Assembly (NCBI RefSeq): GCF_004010195.1 | Contig: NC_057719.1 | Location: forward strand, 39,906,872-39,970,871 | From: Chiloscyllium plagiosum | Taxonomy: Eukaryota | Direction of reading: 5' to 3' | DNA: 64,000 nucleotides | Part shown: positions 27,164 through 39,014 of the stretch, piece after piece | Layout of the letters: every line of letters begins with the position of its first letter | Position numbering within the stretch: position 1 is the stretch's first letter | The notes under the pieces: generated by a model | Database searches by the model: none | Told to the model about the DNA's origin: nothing | Seen by the model: the letters and a program-made list of their open reading frames with translations, nothing else | Position numbers and translations under genes: made by a program

Positions 27164-28399
27164 TTTTTTGTTTTTAAAAAAATTTTATTTAACTTTTTTG
27201 TGTACAAATAAAGGTTACAAATGCCTTAGGATTTGTTCAATTATCTTAAAATTCAAATCCCTTTCATATCTAACTAACCTTTGAAAGTGACAGAGACCTA
27301 AATCAAGTTATTCAATACAGAAATTAAGCACTGCTTCCTCTTTCCTGCCTGGATGGAACTTCTTACACAGAACAGTTTTGTAAAATAAATGAATCAATGA
27401 GTAAATAATCATAGTAAGCAGTGCTACTGCAGGTTGCATCAGCTTGTGCGGAACACATTCACACACTTAGAGTTATGTTATTCAACTGACGATCCAAAAA
27501 TGCAAGGTGCAAAAGGTTTCCACACAAGATTTGAATAAGTACTATTTATATAACTTAATCCTGATTATTTCAATAAATAACTAACCCATGTCACTAGACT
27601 GTGCAGATGGCTTAACAATTACAACAATACGTCAAGAGCGGGTTACAATGGTTTACAGTCATTTGGTGAAGGGAATTATCACTCTTTAACTACTGCATTA
27701 TAATACAATATTTTCCCATCCAATTATTCGTCTAAATTGTTACTGGTTATTGTTCCATACAGTACCTGACAAAATCCCCATTGTTTATTACTCAATTGAC
27801 TTCACAGTAGATCATGATAAGTTGAAAAATAACATATGAAATCTAGGTAATTGTCATTATTAAAGCACTGACATTGGAGACTGAAGTTTGCTAATAAGCC
27901 TGCAGTCACTTCAAAGGCATCTCCGTTATGTGAAAAATTGAGGTTCCAGCTATTAAAAGAAATACTGTTATTCCCCCTGTAGTACTAAATTGATAAGACT
28001 TTCTACCAGTCTTTTAGCATTTCTAACAGTACGTTGTAACTGTCTGTGTTTGAATACAGTTTAATTAATATCTCCACTCATCTTGCTGAAATACATTAAT
28101 GTGAATGATAGAGGGTCACATTCTCCATTTTGATATAATCCAGGAGGTGCCACTGCTTTGATCTAAGATGTCTCCACGTCAGTTTGCACACGTGCTCAGT
28201 ATGACCTCATTATAAAAACACCCCCTTCAACCAGAAGCACACTACATGTCACAAAGTTTGAAACTCTGAAGAGTTTGTGTTTGTACTAGGTTTATAAAAT
28301 GCCTTATGCAATATACCTAATTTGAGTAACCAACATGCTATGAAAACTTAGGTCTGGTAGCTTGTGGTGGTATTTGTGGTGGTGTTTGGGGAGGAGGGG

Positions 28400-28660
28400 A
28401 ATCTCAGAATGAAGGACAAAGTTCATGGTCTGGAGTTGTTGAACTCAATATTGAGTTCAGATGGCTGTAAAATGCCCCAGTGGAAAACAAGACACTGTTT
28501 CTGCAGCTTGCGTTGGCTTCATTGAAACATTGCCGTAGACCTAAGATAGAAATGCAAATATGAGAGCAAGACCGTGCACTCAAATGGGAGCTGATGGTGA
28601 GGTTGAGGTCATGGATGTAGACTGAGTGAAGATATTCTGTAAAGCAGCCATGTTCTGAAT
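28400..28660 (-). mobile_element. Penelope-like GIY-YIG C-terminal remnant
   Basis: Minus strand FTEYLHSV...LRQCFNEA then LQPSELNIEFNN-like segment. Confidence 0.6.
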
Positions 28661-29255
28661 TTTGTTCTTGAACTTGATATTTCCATTCCCCCAACTTATT
28701 TTGTTTTTTATGATCTTACTTTGTTAAACTTCATATTTTTCTTGTTAATAGCACCTACTTAGGATCTGTCTCATCCATTGCCTCTGCCTTTGTACTTTGT
28801 TTTATGAGACCTTTGATTTCCAGTCTGCTTTAATGTTTTCCTGACCTGCCTTTGCATTCTATTTGTTCCTCTTTGCCCTTTTTCAACAGCATGTGCATAA
28901 ATCACCACAACCTGCTTCAATTCGGCTACTTGTTAAGAAATCTCACAGACAATCAAGTACTGAAAGAATGATTTAGACTTTATTGCATATGGCAACCCTC
29001 AAGTAAGCAAGTTAAGCCTTACTTGGCTATGAGTCATGGTGGAATGTAGCTACAATTCCAATCAACAGTGTCTCTGATGTCCAGGATTTGATCCTTGTGC
29101 AGTGTTCTTTGGATTTCTGCTGATGAAGACTTCTGGTTTGAATTCTTGTCCTTTTAATATCTTGTCCATCACTTCATTGTTTCCTGCTTTTTTTGTTATT
29201 ACACGCTTGTCACACATTCTTATGCTTTTACTTCATTTACTTGGTCTCTATATGA

Positions 29256-29453
<198 letters not shown>

Positions 29454-29859
29454 TAGATGTTTTTGGGTTTTTCCCCCATTCTGACAAGCACAACTTAACT
29501 GATTTTTGTTACATAGGTCAGCATGAACGAGGTTTAAATTCTGTTAGCTTTCTCCCCCATTTACTTTGTTTTTGTTGCTGATGCAGAAATTTGGTGGTGT
29601 TTCCAGGTGTATGGATAATTTTTTGAATTAACAATGACTGGAAGTACACAGATTTAACATTCCAGTCTTATCTGAGTTCTGTCATATTTTCTTATTTTAA
29701 TGCATTCTCTTTCCTGCTAATTTATTTGGGCAGTCAAATTCCTGTTTCTTTTAAGAAAGATAACCTTGAATGAAAGATCAAATTATTAAAGTTATGGAAC
29801 AACTCTCTATTTGTGATGTTACTTTCTGTATGAAAAATGGCTGAATTATCTTTTCCCAG

Positions 29860-29912
29860 ATGAAAATAAGCCTATTTGGATGCATGCTGAAGAAAGAGAG
29901 GAACAGTGCAAG
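29860..29912 (+). CDS. klc1: KLC1 coding exon 9 (DENKPIWMHAEEREEQCK)
   Basis: TTTTCCCAG ends 29859, donor GTAAGA at 29913; 53 nt. Confidence 0.95.
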
Positions 29913-30431
29913 GTAAGATTAAGTTGGTTAACATGACTTTCCTATTGTTTTTAGTGTTATTATGGAACATGCTTTTAGTCTGCTTCAGACCGATCATAAA
30001 ATGAATCCATAACGAATTCTGTAATAGTGGAAAGATATGAATGTTGGAAAGTATTTTATGATCACAATATTACATGCGCCATCTTTAATTAAGAGGATAT
30101 GAAGTCAGTGTTCTATGAATCTTCCAATAGGCAGGTTTTCCTGAAAGGCTCACTTTTATATGTGATATTTCCCCTTCTTTAAAAAGGTGACAGGCAATAT
30201 GAATTTCTGTGAATATGTTGGGTGAGACTGAGGCATGAGTTTGAGGAATTTTATGTTAGTCTTCTCAAATGCTACAATTTTGAACTCAAACGACCAGAAG
30301 ATGTTGAAGTAGTATGTGTTCCATAATCACTGCATTCTGCACTTGATTTTTTTTTAATGCTCTCTTTGTCAAATGCTTGAATTTCATATATAAGCCTGTT
30401 TTATATATTATGCATATTGTATTTTATTTAG

Positions 30432-30499
30432 GGAAAACCAAAAGATGGCACCACATTTGGTGAATATGGAGGCTGGTACAAGGCATGCAAAGTTGACAG
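30432..30499 (+). CDS. klc1: KLC1 coding exon 10 (GKPKDGTTFGEYGGWYKACKVD)
   Basis: TTTAG ends 30431, donor GTATAT at 30500; 68 nt. Confidence 0.95.
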
Positions 30500-31771
30500 G
30501 TATATTTTCAGATTTAAATTTTTTAAAAAAATTATTGTAAACAGAATGGCATACTTTATTTCTTAAGTGGCTCATGAAACCATACATTTTGCTTCTATTT
30601 AAGTTACCATTTATTGCTTATTTTGGAAATGTGAATACTCAATTTAAATAATTTAAATGTGCCAGTAATCCCAGAACAATCCTAATTTTAGATGCAACTT
30701 TATGTTGGTAGACTAGTGTGGTAACAATTTAAACCGTTTACATCTTTCACTTTGGATAGTAATGTGAATTCTTGAGAATATTATGCCCTTCAATCTTCAT
30801 GTCTATACATGCCTGTTTAGAGACCAGTTGGAAATGGGGATGGCTGAGGTCCACAAAAGAGCCATCCATCTGTTTAAATGAAAGTTTAATCATTTTGTTT
30901 AAATGAAAGTAACAAAAGCATCTGGTCCAAGGTATGGAGAAAATAAATGGAACTATGTATATTTGCATAAGTAAATTGCATTGAACCATCCAGCCACCTA
31001 ATCTGTGCTGTGGCACATAAGAATTGTGGTTTGAGAGCCTAAATTGCAATTAGGAACATAGGATATAAGAGCAGGAATGGGCCATTTGGCTCTTTGACTC
31101 TGATTTGATGTTCAACTAGACCGTGGCTAATTATCTACCTCTGCGATTTTCTCACCCAATCCTCCTATCTCTTGGATTTCTTGACGTTGAAGATATCATC
31201 AATCTGCTATAATGCTTATAGGCTGTGCATTCCCCTTATATAGTTTTGGGTAAAACAGCCCAATGATCAATGATGAGTATTGAAATAATCCTGTCTAGAT
31301 ATGACATAAAGGCGTTGATGTACAAAATGAAGCAGTTGTCGTCTATGTGTCTCCTTGCTGCCTAACAAGAATCTGTCTTGATATTCATTTAGTGCCACCT
31401 GAGGCAGCTATTTCCAAAGTTGTACAACCCTCTGAAAGGAAGAAAAATTTCCTCCATATTTGTCCTGGAAAGGTGACCCCTAACTTTAGAACATTGACCC
31501 CCCTCATTCAGGGAGGAGAAAGTGAGGTCTGCAGATGCTGGAGATCAAAGTTGAAACTTTATTGCTGGAACAGCACAGCAGGTCAGGCAGCATCCAGGGA
31601 ACAGGAGATTCGACGTTTCGGGCACAGGCCCTTCTTCAGGAATGAGCAGAGAGTGTTCAGCAGGAGAAGATAAAAGGTAGGGAGGAGGGACTTGGAGGAG
31701 GGGAGTTGGAAATGTGATAGGTGGAAAGAGGTCAAGGTGAGGGTGATAGATCGGAGTAGGATGGAGGCGGA

Positions 31772-32550
31772 GAAGAGTTGGGCTGAAAGGTGGCAAATGG
31801 AGTTTAATGCAGAAAAGTGTGAGGTGATTCATTTTGGAAGAAGTAACAGTAATACAGAGTACTGGGGTAATGGTAAGGTTCTTGCAGTGTGGATGAGCAG
31901 AAAGATCTCCGTGTCCATGTACATAGATCCCTGAAAGTTGCCACCCAGGTTAATAGGATTGTTAAGAAGGCATATGAACCATGGGGTTATGTTGCAGCTG
32001 TAGGAAACTATGGTGTGGCCGCACTTGGAGTATTGCGTACAGTTCTGGTTACCACATTATAGGAAGGATGTGTAAGTTTTGGAAAAGATGCAGAGGAGAT
32101 TTATGAGGATATTGTCTGGTATGGAAGGAAGGTCTTCTGAGGAAAGACTGAGTGACCTGAGGCTGTTTTCGTTAGAAGGAAGAGGTTGAGAGGTGACTTA
32201 ATAGAGATGTGAAAGATGATCAGAGGATTAGATAGTGTTAGCAGAGAGAGACGTTTTCCTCGGATAGTGATGGCTAGCATGAGAGGACATAGCTTTAAAT
32301 TGAGCGGTGATAGATATAGGACAGATGTCAGAGGGGTAGTTTCTTTACTCAGAGAGTAGTAATGGCGTGAAACTCCCTGCCTGCAACTGTAGTAGACTCA
32401 CCGACTTTAATGTCTTTTTAAATGGCCATTGGATAAACATATGGATGATAATGCAACAATGCAGGTTAGTTCAGCTTCAGGCTGGTTTCACAGGTCAGCA
32501 CAACATTGAGGGTCAGAGAGCCTGGACTGTGCTGTAATGTTCTGTGTTCT
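31772..32550 (+). mobile_element. CR1-type LINE 3' fragment inside the composite
   Basis: WAERWQMEFNAEKCEVIHFG and RPHLEYCVQFW with stops and a deletion; tail CTGTAATGTTCTGTGTTCT. Confidence 0.85.
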
Positions 32551-32554
32551 TTGA

Positions 32555-32995
32555 AAGCAAGATAATATTTCGAGTCTGGCGATTCTTCATCAGAACTGTT
32601 AACAGCTCAGGAAAGGTGGTAATATATTGAAGTGACGTTTGTGGGAAGGGGTTGGTCTTGCACAAGGTGACTTACTTGCCGATTTACTTCCTCCAACCTC
32701 AGTATCCAAGGCCTCAGGCACACCTTCCAGGTGAAGCAGCAGCTTACCTGCACTTCTCTCAACTCATTTATTTCATTCACTGCTCAGAATGTGGTCTCCT
32801 GTATATCGGGGGAGATGAAACACAGATTTGATGACCGCTTTGCTGAACACCTACACTCTGTCTGTAAAACATGACCCAGAGTTTCCCACTGCCTCCACTT
32901 CAACACACCACTGTGTTCCTACACCAACATTTCTGTCCCAGATCTGTTGCAGTGTTCCTTAACGCAAGTTCAAAGAACAACACTTCATTTTCCAC
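32555..32995 (+). mobile_element. Penelope-like GIY-YIG endonuclease remnant of an older family inside the composite
   Basis: CSECGLLYIG (32781) ...DRFAEHLHSV...EQHFIF; inverted hammerhead-like motif at 32562-32597. Confidence 0.75.
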
Positions 32996-33021
32996 TTTCT
33001 CCTGCTGAACACTCTCTGCTC

Positions 33022-33057
33022 ATTCCTGAAGAAGGGCCTGTGCCCGAAACGTCGAAT
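33022..33057 (+). ncRNA. Minimal type I hammerhead ribozyme motif
   Basis: ATTC-CTGAAGA-A-GGGC(CTGT)GCCC-GAAA-C-GTC-GAAT: stem I ATTC/GAAT, intact core, palindromic ACGT stem III, GUC triplet. Confidence 0.7.
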
Positions 33058-35799
33058 CTCCTGTTCCCTGGATGCTGCCTGACCTGCTGTGCTGTTCCAG
33101 CAATAAAGTTTCAACCCCCCTCATTCAGGATTGACCCACAAGGGGAAACGTCCTTTTAATGCTCACCTGGTCAAGTCAATCAAGATGTTACACACCTCGA
33201 TAAAGTCACCACTCACTCTTCTAAACTCCAGTAGAAACAAATCAGCCTGTTCAACCTATCATCATCAGACTGTCTGCCTATCCCGATATCAATCTAGTAA
33301 AGCTGCTCTGACCAGCCTCCACTGCATTTACATCCTCCTTTAAGATAAGGACACCACAACAACAGACAATATAGAAGATAATGTCTCACCTGTCTCCTGT
33401 ATAACTGAAGCACAACATACTTTATGTTCAGCTTCTCTTGTAATGAAGAAGAGCTTTTCATGGCCACCTTGAGTACATGCTTTACTTACACAGTAACTTT
33501 TTTTGTCATTCATGCGCCAGAGCACACAAATCCATTTGCACCATGAAATTCTATAGTTGCTCTTTGATGGAGTAATACTCTGCTGTTTTGTCTTCCTTCC
33601 AAATTGAAAATTTTTACATTTACTCCATCTGTCATGTTCTGGCACACGCATTTGACTTACCTATATGTATCTGCAACTCAAACCATAAGAAATAGGAACA
33701 GGAATAGGCTGTTCAGCACCATGAGCCTGCTCTGCCATTTAAAAGGATTATGGCTGATCTGATATTCTTCATGTCCACTTCCTTTTTTTTTCTTATAACC
33801 CTTGATTCCCTATTGATCAAGGATTTATCTATCCCAGCCTTAAATATGCACAAGGACCCTTTGCCACAGTGAGCTGTGGGGGTAATGTTCCAAAGAAATG
33901 CAACCCTCAGCAAACTTCCTCATGTTTTTGCAGCATACTTCCTGTCGTCGGCAAGTTTTTTGTTTTCCACCAGCTAAATTTCTATCCATGCTAATACGTT
34001 TTATTTTCTGCAATATCATATGCCTTCTGGACATCCAAGCATAGTACATCTGGCTCCACTTTATCCATGGAACAAGTTACTCCTTCAAAGAATTCAAGTT
34101 AATTGGTTAAACATGCTTTCTCTTTGAAAAAACCATGCCGCTTCTCCTGGATTACCTTGAGATTTTATAAATGCGCAGCTAGAATCTCTGATTCTGCCAC
34201 CTTCTTCACACCAGTTAGTTTGACATCTGTAATAAATTTTGCTGTCTCCCATCCTTGAATAGAACGGTTATATTTGCTACTTGCTAGTCTGTTGAAACCT
34301 TTCCTGAATTTGGTGTTAATTTTCCAAAATTCACTAATGCCTCTACGACCTTATTAGCATCTACTTACAAGAGTTTGGCTAGAAATCCTTCAGGACCTGA
34401 AGCTTTATCAGCCCGCAGTTCTATCACTTTGCTTCCTATCACTTCTCTTGTGATTGTAATTTTGCTCTGTTTCATCTCCTGTTTTACATCTATTACTAGA
34501 ATGCTTCTTTGTATTCTGCATAGTGAAAAAAGAAGCAAAATATTTGGTCATTTCTTCTGTTGTTTTCTTTTTACCTACTATTAAGTCACTGCTCTCACTG
34601 TCGAGAGGACCAACACTTTGTTTTACATATCTGTAGAAGCTCTTTTTATCTGTTTTTACATTCCTAGCTGGCTTTTCCTCAGTTTGTCCTCATTAATGTT
34701 TTGATCACTCTCTGCTCTTTATATTCTGACCCATCATCTGACTTGCTAGTCATTTTTGTATAGTTATATGCTTTCTACATCACAAGAATGTAAAAAAGTA
34801 GCAGGAGTAGATAATTAAACCCCTCAAACCTGCATATCTGATCATCATTGGCTTCAACTCCTCATTCAGGCCAACTCCTTGTGGCGCTATACCACCTGTG
34901 TACCACCTCTTGAAGTACATTCAGTTATCTAGCTACCACATCTCTATGGTAGAGAATTCCAGACATTCATAACCCTCTGAAAATTTATTCTCATCTCAGT
35001 TTTAACTGAATACCCTTTTATTCTGCAACTGTCCCCCCCTAATTTGAGATTGCCCCATTATGGAAACAGAGTCTAAACAGTTATCCTGTCAAGCACCCTC
35101 AGAATCTTCTCTGCTTCAATAAGATCACCCCTCACACAAGTTTAATTGAGAATATCTAGTTGGCATGGACAAGTTGGACCAAAACGTCTGTTTCCATGCT
35201 GTACAGTTCTATGACTGAGTCTAATGAATGAAAGCATAGTTTGTTTAGCTGTTCTTGATCAATCACCCAATTCATTTCAGAAATCACCTAATGATTCTCT
35301 TTTGAACTGCATGCAATGCTACAATATCTTTTCTTAAGTTTTGGGACCAATGTTGTACACTATAAAACTACCATGACCAACACCCTGTGCTGTTTTTAGA
35401 ATCCAACTCTGAGCAACAATTCCATCCATCATCTTAGTTATTTACTGGGCCTGCATTGTAACTTCTAATGTTTCATGCAGAAGAGCATCCAGATCTCTCC
35501 TCTTCCTGTTTTAAAAGTCTTTCCATTTAAATAATAGTTTACCTTTTGATTCTTCCTACCATTGTGCATGACCTCTCACTTTCATTAAACTCCATCTGTG
35601 AAGTTTTTGCCCAGTCACTCAATCTATCTATATATCCTTGAAAATTTCTTCTATCCTTCTCACCAATTGGTCTCCCATTTATTTTCACATTGTCAGCAAA
35701 TTTGGATACACTGCACTCTGCCACCTCCTCCAAGTCATTTAATATAGGTAGAGCCTCAATTAATTGCTTGGACTAATCCTTGCAGACACCACTAATTGT

Positions 35800-36000
35800 G
35801 GATGTGGAGGTTAGGTGGTTTAGCCATGTAAAACTGTCCTGTAGTGTCTAGGTATGTGTCTAGGTAAGTAGATTAGGCATGGTAAATGTGGGGATAGGGT
35901 GGAAAGCTGAATTTGAATGGGATACTCTTTGGAGTGTCAGTGCAGACTTGATGGACTAAATGGCCTCTTTCTGCACTAGGAATTCTGATTCTATTCTACA
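35800..36000 (+). mobile_element. 3' half of an HE1-like SINE
   Basis: GATGTGGAGGTTAGGTGG..GCCATGTAAAACTGTCC...GGACTAAATGGCCT tail. Confidence 0.6.
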
Positions 36001-36629
36001 ACCGGAAAAATTACCATTAATCCTGACTCCATATCTTCGGTTTGTTAACCAATCTGCAATCTATGCTAATGTATTATCCCAAAACCGTGAACTCCTATCT
36101 TGGACCTTCTTATGCGGCATCTTATTGAATGCCTTCTAGAAATCCAAATATGCAATGTTTACCAGTTCCCCTTTATCAACTCTGCTTCTTGTATCATTGA
36201 AGAATTCTACAAAAATTTTTCAAACATAATTTCCCTTTCACAGAATCATGCTGAGTAAATCCCCTGTTATTTCTTCCTAAATAATAATCTCTAATATCAC
36301 CCAACGCATGTAAGGCTAAGTAGCCTGTAGTTTCCTGATTTCTATCTTCCTTCCTCCTTAAATATGGGTATCATATCAGCAGTTTTCTAATCTGCTGAAA
36401 TCCTCCTGGAATCCAGTGAGTTCTGGAATATTTTGACTGATGTTTCCACTACCTCTATGGCCACATCCTTTAAAACACTTAGATGCAGGCCATCAGGTCC
36501 TGTTGACTTGTCTGTGTTCAATTCCATTAGTCAGTTCAATACCTTGTCCCTTGTGATGGTGACTGTCATAAGATTTTTCCTCCTATTATCATCATGCTTA
36601 CTTGCTAACTTTGATGTTTATAGTGACGA

Positions 36630-36684
36630 TTAGTTTTTGATTGGATACTCTCTCAAAAGGTTAGTTTTTTGATTGGATACTCTC
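36630..36684. repeat. Short direct repeat (about 23 bp x2)
   Basis: TTAGTTTTT(T)GATTGGATACTCTC at 36630 and 36661. Confidence 0.85.
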
Positions 36685-37334
36685 CTTGACTGCCTTCATT
36701 ACCCACATGTGGTCAATCCTTCTTGTTGAGCTCTTTTTGATCAGAAAAGATTCTTTCTGAACATTATGAAATATCTGCTTAAATGTCTGCCCCTGCTTAT
36801 CTATTGATCTTGAATCGACTCTCTCTTCATACCTTTGAAATTGCCTTTATTTAAATTGAGGATGCTGGTTTGAAACTCAAGTTTTCTTTATCAAACTGAA
36901 TTTGAAATTCAATCATGTTGCGATTGCTACCCTCTAGAGGTTTTTTAATGACAAGTTCTCTTATTAATGCTACCTTAGTTTACATTACTGTAAATAAAAT
37001 AGCTCATTCCAGGTAAGTTCTGTAATATACTGCTCTACTCTACACCCCATCTCTCTTTCTGATTTTTTAAAACTTTCCTTAAATTGAACCCTTCCCTAGC
37101 CTCTTCTTTGTCTCCCCATTCCCTCCCCACCCTGATAATTCAAAGCCCTGTCTTCAACCCTGAAGACTGAGGATGTTTCTTCAATTTTCACAATATTTCA
37201 TTGTAGGAAATTCCTGCTCATTCAGTAATAAATGTCAAGGAAATAATGTAACAAATTAGAGACAATGGAATGGTTGTGGTGAGTTAGAGCTGGTAGTGTT
37301 AGTATATGTGGTTTTGGATGATATTGCTGAGGTA

Positions 37335-37740
37335 CCTGGAGCGTCAGAGGCTGAGGGGTGACCTTATAGAGGTTTACAAAATTATGAGGGGCATGGATAG
37401 GATAAAAAGACAAAGTCTTTTCCCTGGGATCGGGGAGTCCAGAACTAGAGGGCATAGGTTTAGGGTGAGAGGGGAAAGATATAAAAGAGACCTAAGGGGC
37501 AACTTTTTCACGCAGAGGGTGGTACGTGTATGGAATGAGCTGCCAGAGGATGTGGTGGAGGCTGGTACAATTGCAACATTTAAGAGGCATTTGGATGGGT
37601 ATATGAATAGGAAGGGTTTGAAGGGATATGGGCCAGGTGCTGGCAGGTGGGACTAGATTGGATTGGGATATCTGGTCGGCATGGATGGGTTGGACTGAAG
37701 GGTCTGTTTCCATGCTGTACATCTCTGACTCTATGACTAT
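37335..37740 (+). mobile_element. CR1/HER1-type LINE, young short 5'-truncated copy
   Basis: Open LERQRLRGDLIEVYKIMRG...GRWD* and tail CTGACTCTATGACTAT. Confidence 0.92.
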
Positions 37741-38013
37741 AAGCTTGTAGGTGAGAAAAAAAGGATGCCAAGAAAAGTCCCTGAGAGGTAATGGAAGAGA
37801 AACAATTAGGAGTTATTCTTTGACTACATTTGATAGATTAGAATGGAATTGGGCTGGGTAAGTGCATCTGTTTCTGAGTCTGAGATTGGAAGTTAAATTT
37901 TCCAACAGTTTGTATTGAAATGCAAAGCACTGATTTTGTGGGTATCAAATCAATTTAAAGGGCAAAATGCCTCAAAATACTTTACATTCCATGTGTGATT
38001 ATTTTAGTTCTAA

Positions 38014-38175
<162 letters not shown>

Positions 38176-38697
38176 TGACCAATGTTTTACATGTTTATTA
38201 CATTATGGCAGAATTAGTTTGGTGGGGGGATGGTAGTGAAGGAGTTGAGGTTTTTGTACCACGCTGTTGTATGTCTTGTACTGACAAAAACCATAAAGCT
38301 AAATATTAAATAATTTGAACATGTCAATATTAAGCTGACATTAAGGATCAACACCCTTTGTAAATAGGGGGGTCTAGATTTTACCCTTTGTAAATATCGA
38401 GACAGGGCATTGTATGCATAATAGCTTCAGGTCCGAATAAATGTATCTAATTATTCTTTATTACTATACACCTTTAAGAAGAAGAATATTGTTTGAATTC
38501 TCATTGCACTTAAGTTCCATCTATTCTTAAGATTGTTTTCTCCAGTAAAGAAAACAATGTTATATTTCCAAGTAAACACACTCTGAAATCATTTCTAGCA
38601 TCCTTGAATACAGTTTATATTTTTATTTCAGTAGTATGTGTTTGCATATTTGAATTATGGAAACAATTCAAATAAAATGAATACCGTTGGTTCACAG

Positions 38698-38859
38698 GGT
38701 CTTGATAATATTCATAAACAAAGAGTAGCTGAAGTACTTAATGATCCTGAGAGCATAGAGAAAAGAAGAAGCCGTGAAAGTCTAAATGTAGATGTGGTAA
38801 AATATGAGAGTGGTCCTGATGGAGGCGAAGAAGTGAGTATGGGCGTAGAATGGAATGGG
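38698..38859 (+). CDS. klc1: KLC1 coding exon 12 (GLDNIHKQRVAEVL...DGGEEVSMGVEWNG), with internal alternative donor after 38832
   Basis: CACAG ends 38697; donors GTGAGT at 38833 and GTAAGT at 38860, 27 nt apart and in frame. Confidence 0.95.
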
Positions 38860-38918
38860 GTAAGTACAGTACACAGTCCACAGATCTGCAGTTTCTAGTA
38901 CCTTAGTAAAACAAAAGT

Positions 38919-39014
38919 TACACCATTAGATTTTAGTAGTTAAATTGAAATATTAATGTTTAGAAATACACCATTAGATTTTAGTAGTTAAATTGAAATA
39001 TTAATGTTTAGAAA
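38919..39014. repeat. Perfect 48-bp tandem duplication
   Basis: TACACCATTAGATTTTAGTAGTTAAATTGAAATATTAATGTTTAGAAA at 38919-38966 and 38967-39014. Confidence 0.95.

Larger units (their letters stand above)
31513..33115 (-). mobile_element. Composite Penelope-derived insertion: pLTR, cargo and inverted pLTR arm, with 14-16 bp TSD
   Basis: 31550-31668 is the exact reverse complement of 32997-33115 (119 bp); ACCCCCCTCATTCAGG at 31497 and 33114. Confidence 0.85.
31055..36990 (-). mobile_element. Cluster of nested old CR1-type LINE fragments (host of the PLE composite at 31513-33115)
   Basis: Minus-strand CR1 tails near 31055, 33685 and 34785; SKFADNVKI and SQMEFN in ORF 35539-35733. Confidence 0.6.

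Noticed and set aside
38353..38396. 14-bp direct repeat ACCCTTTGTAAATA
   Set aside because: Too short, with only a 16-bp spacer; likely a micro-duplication with no interpretable function.
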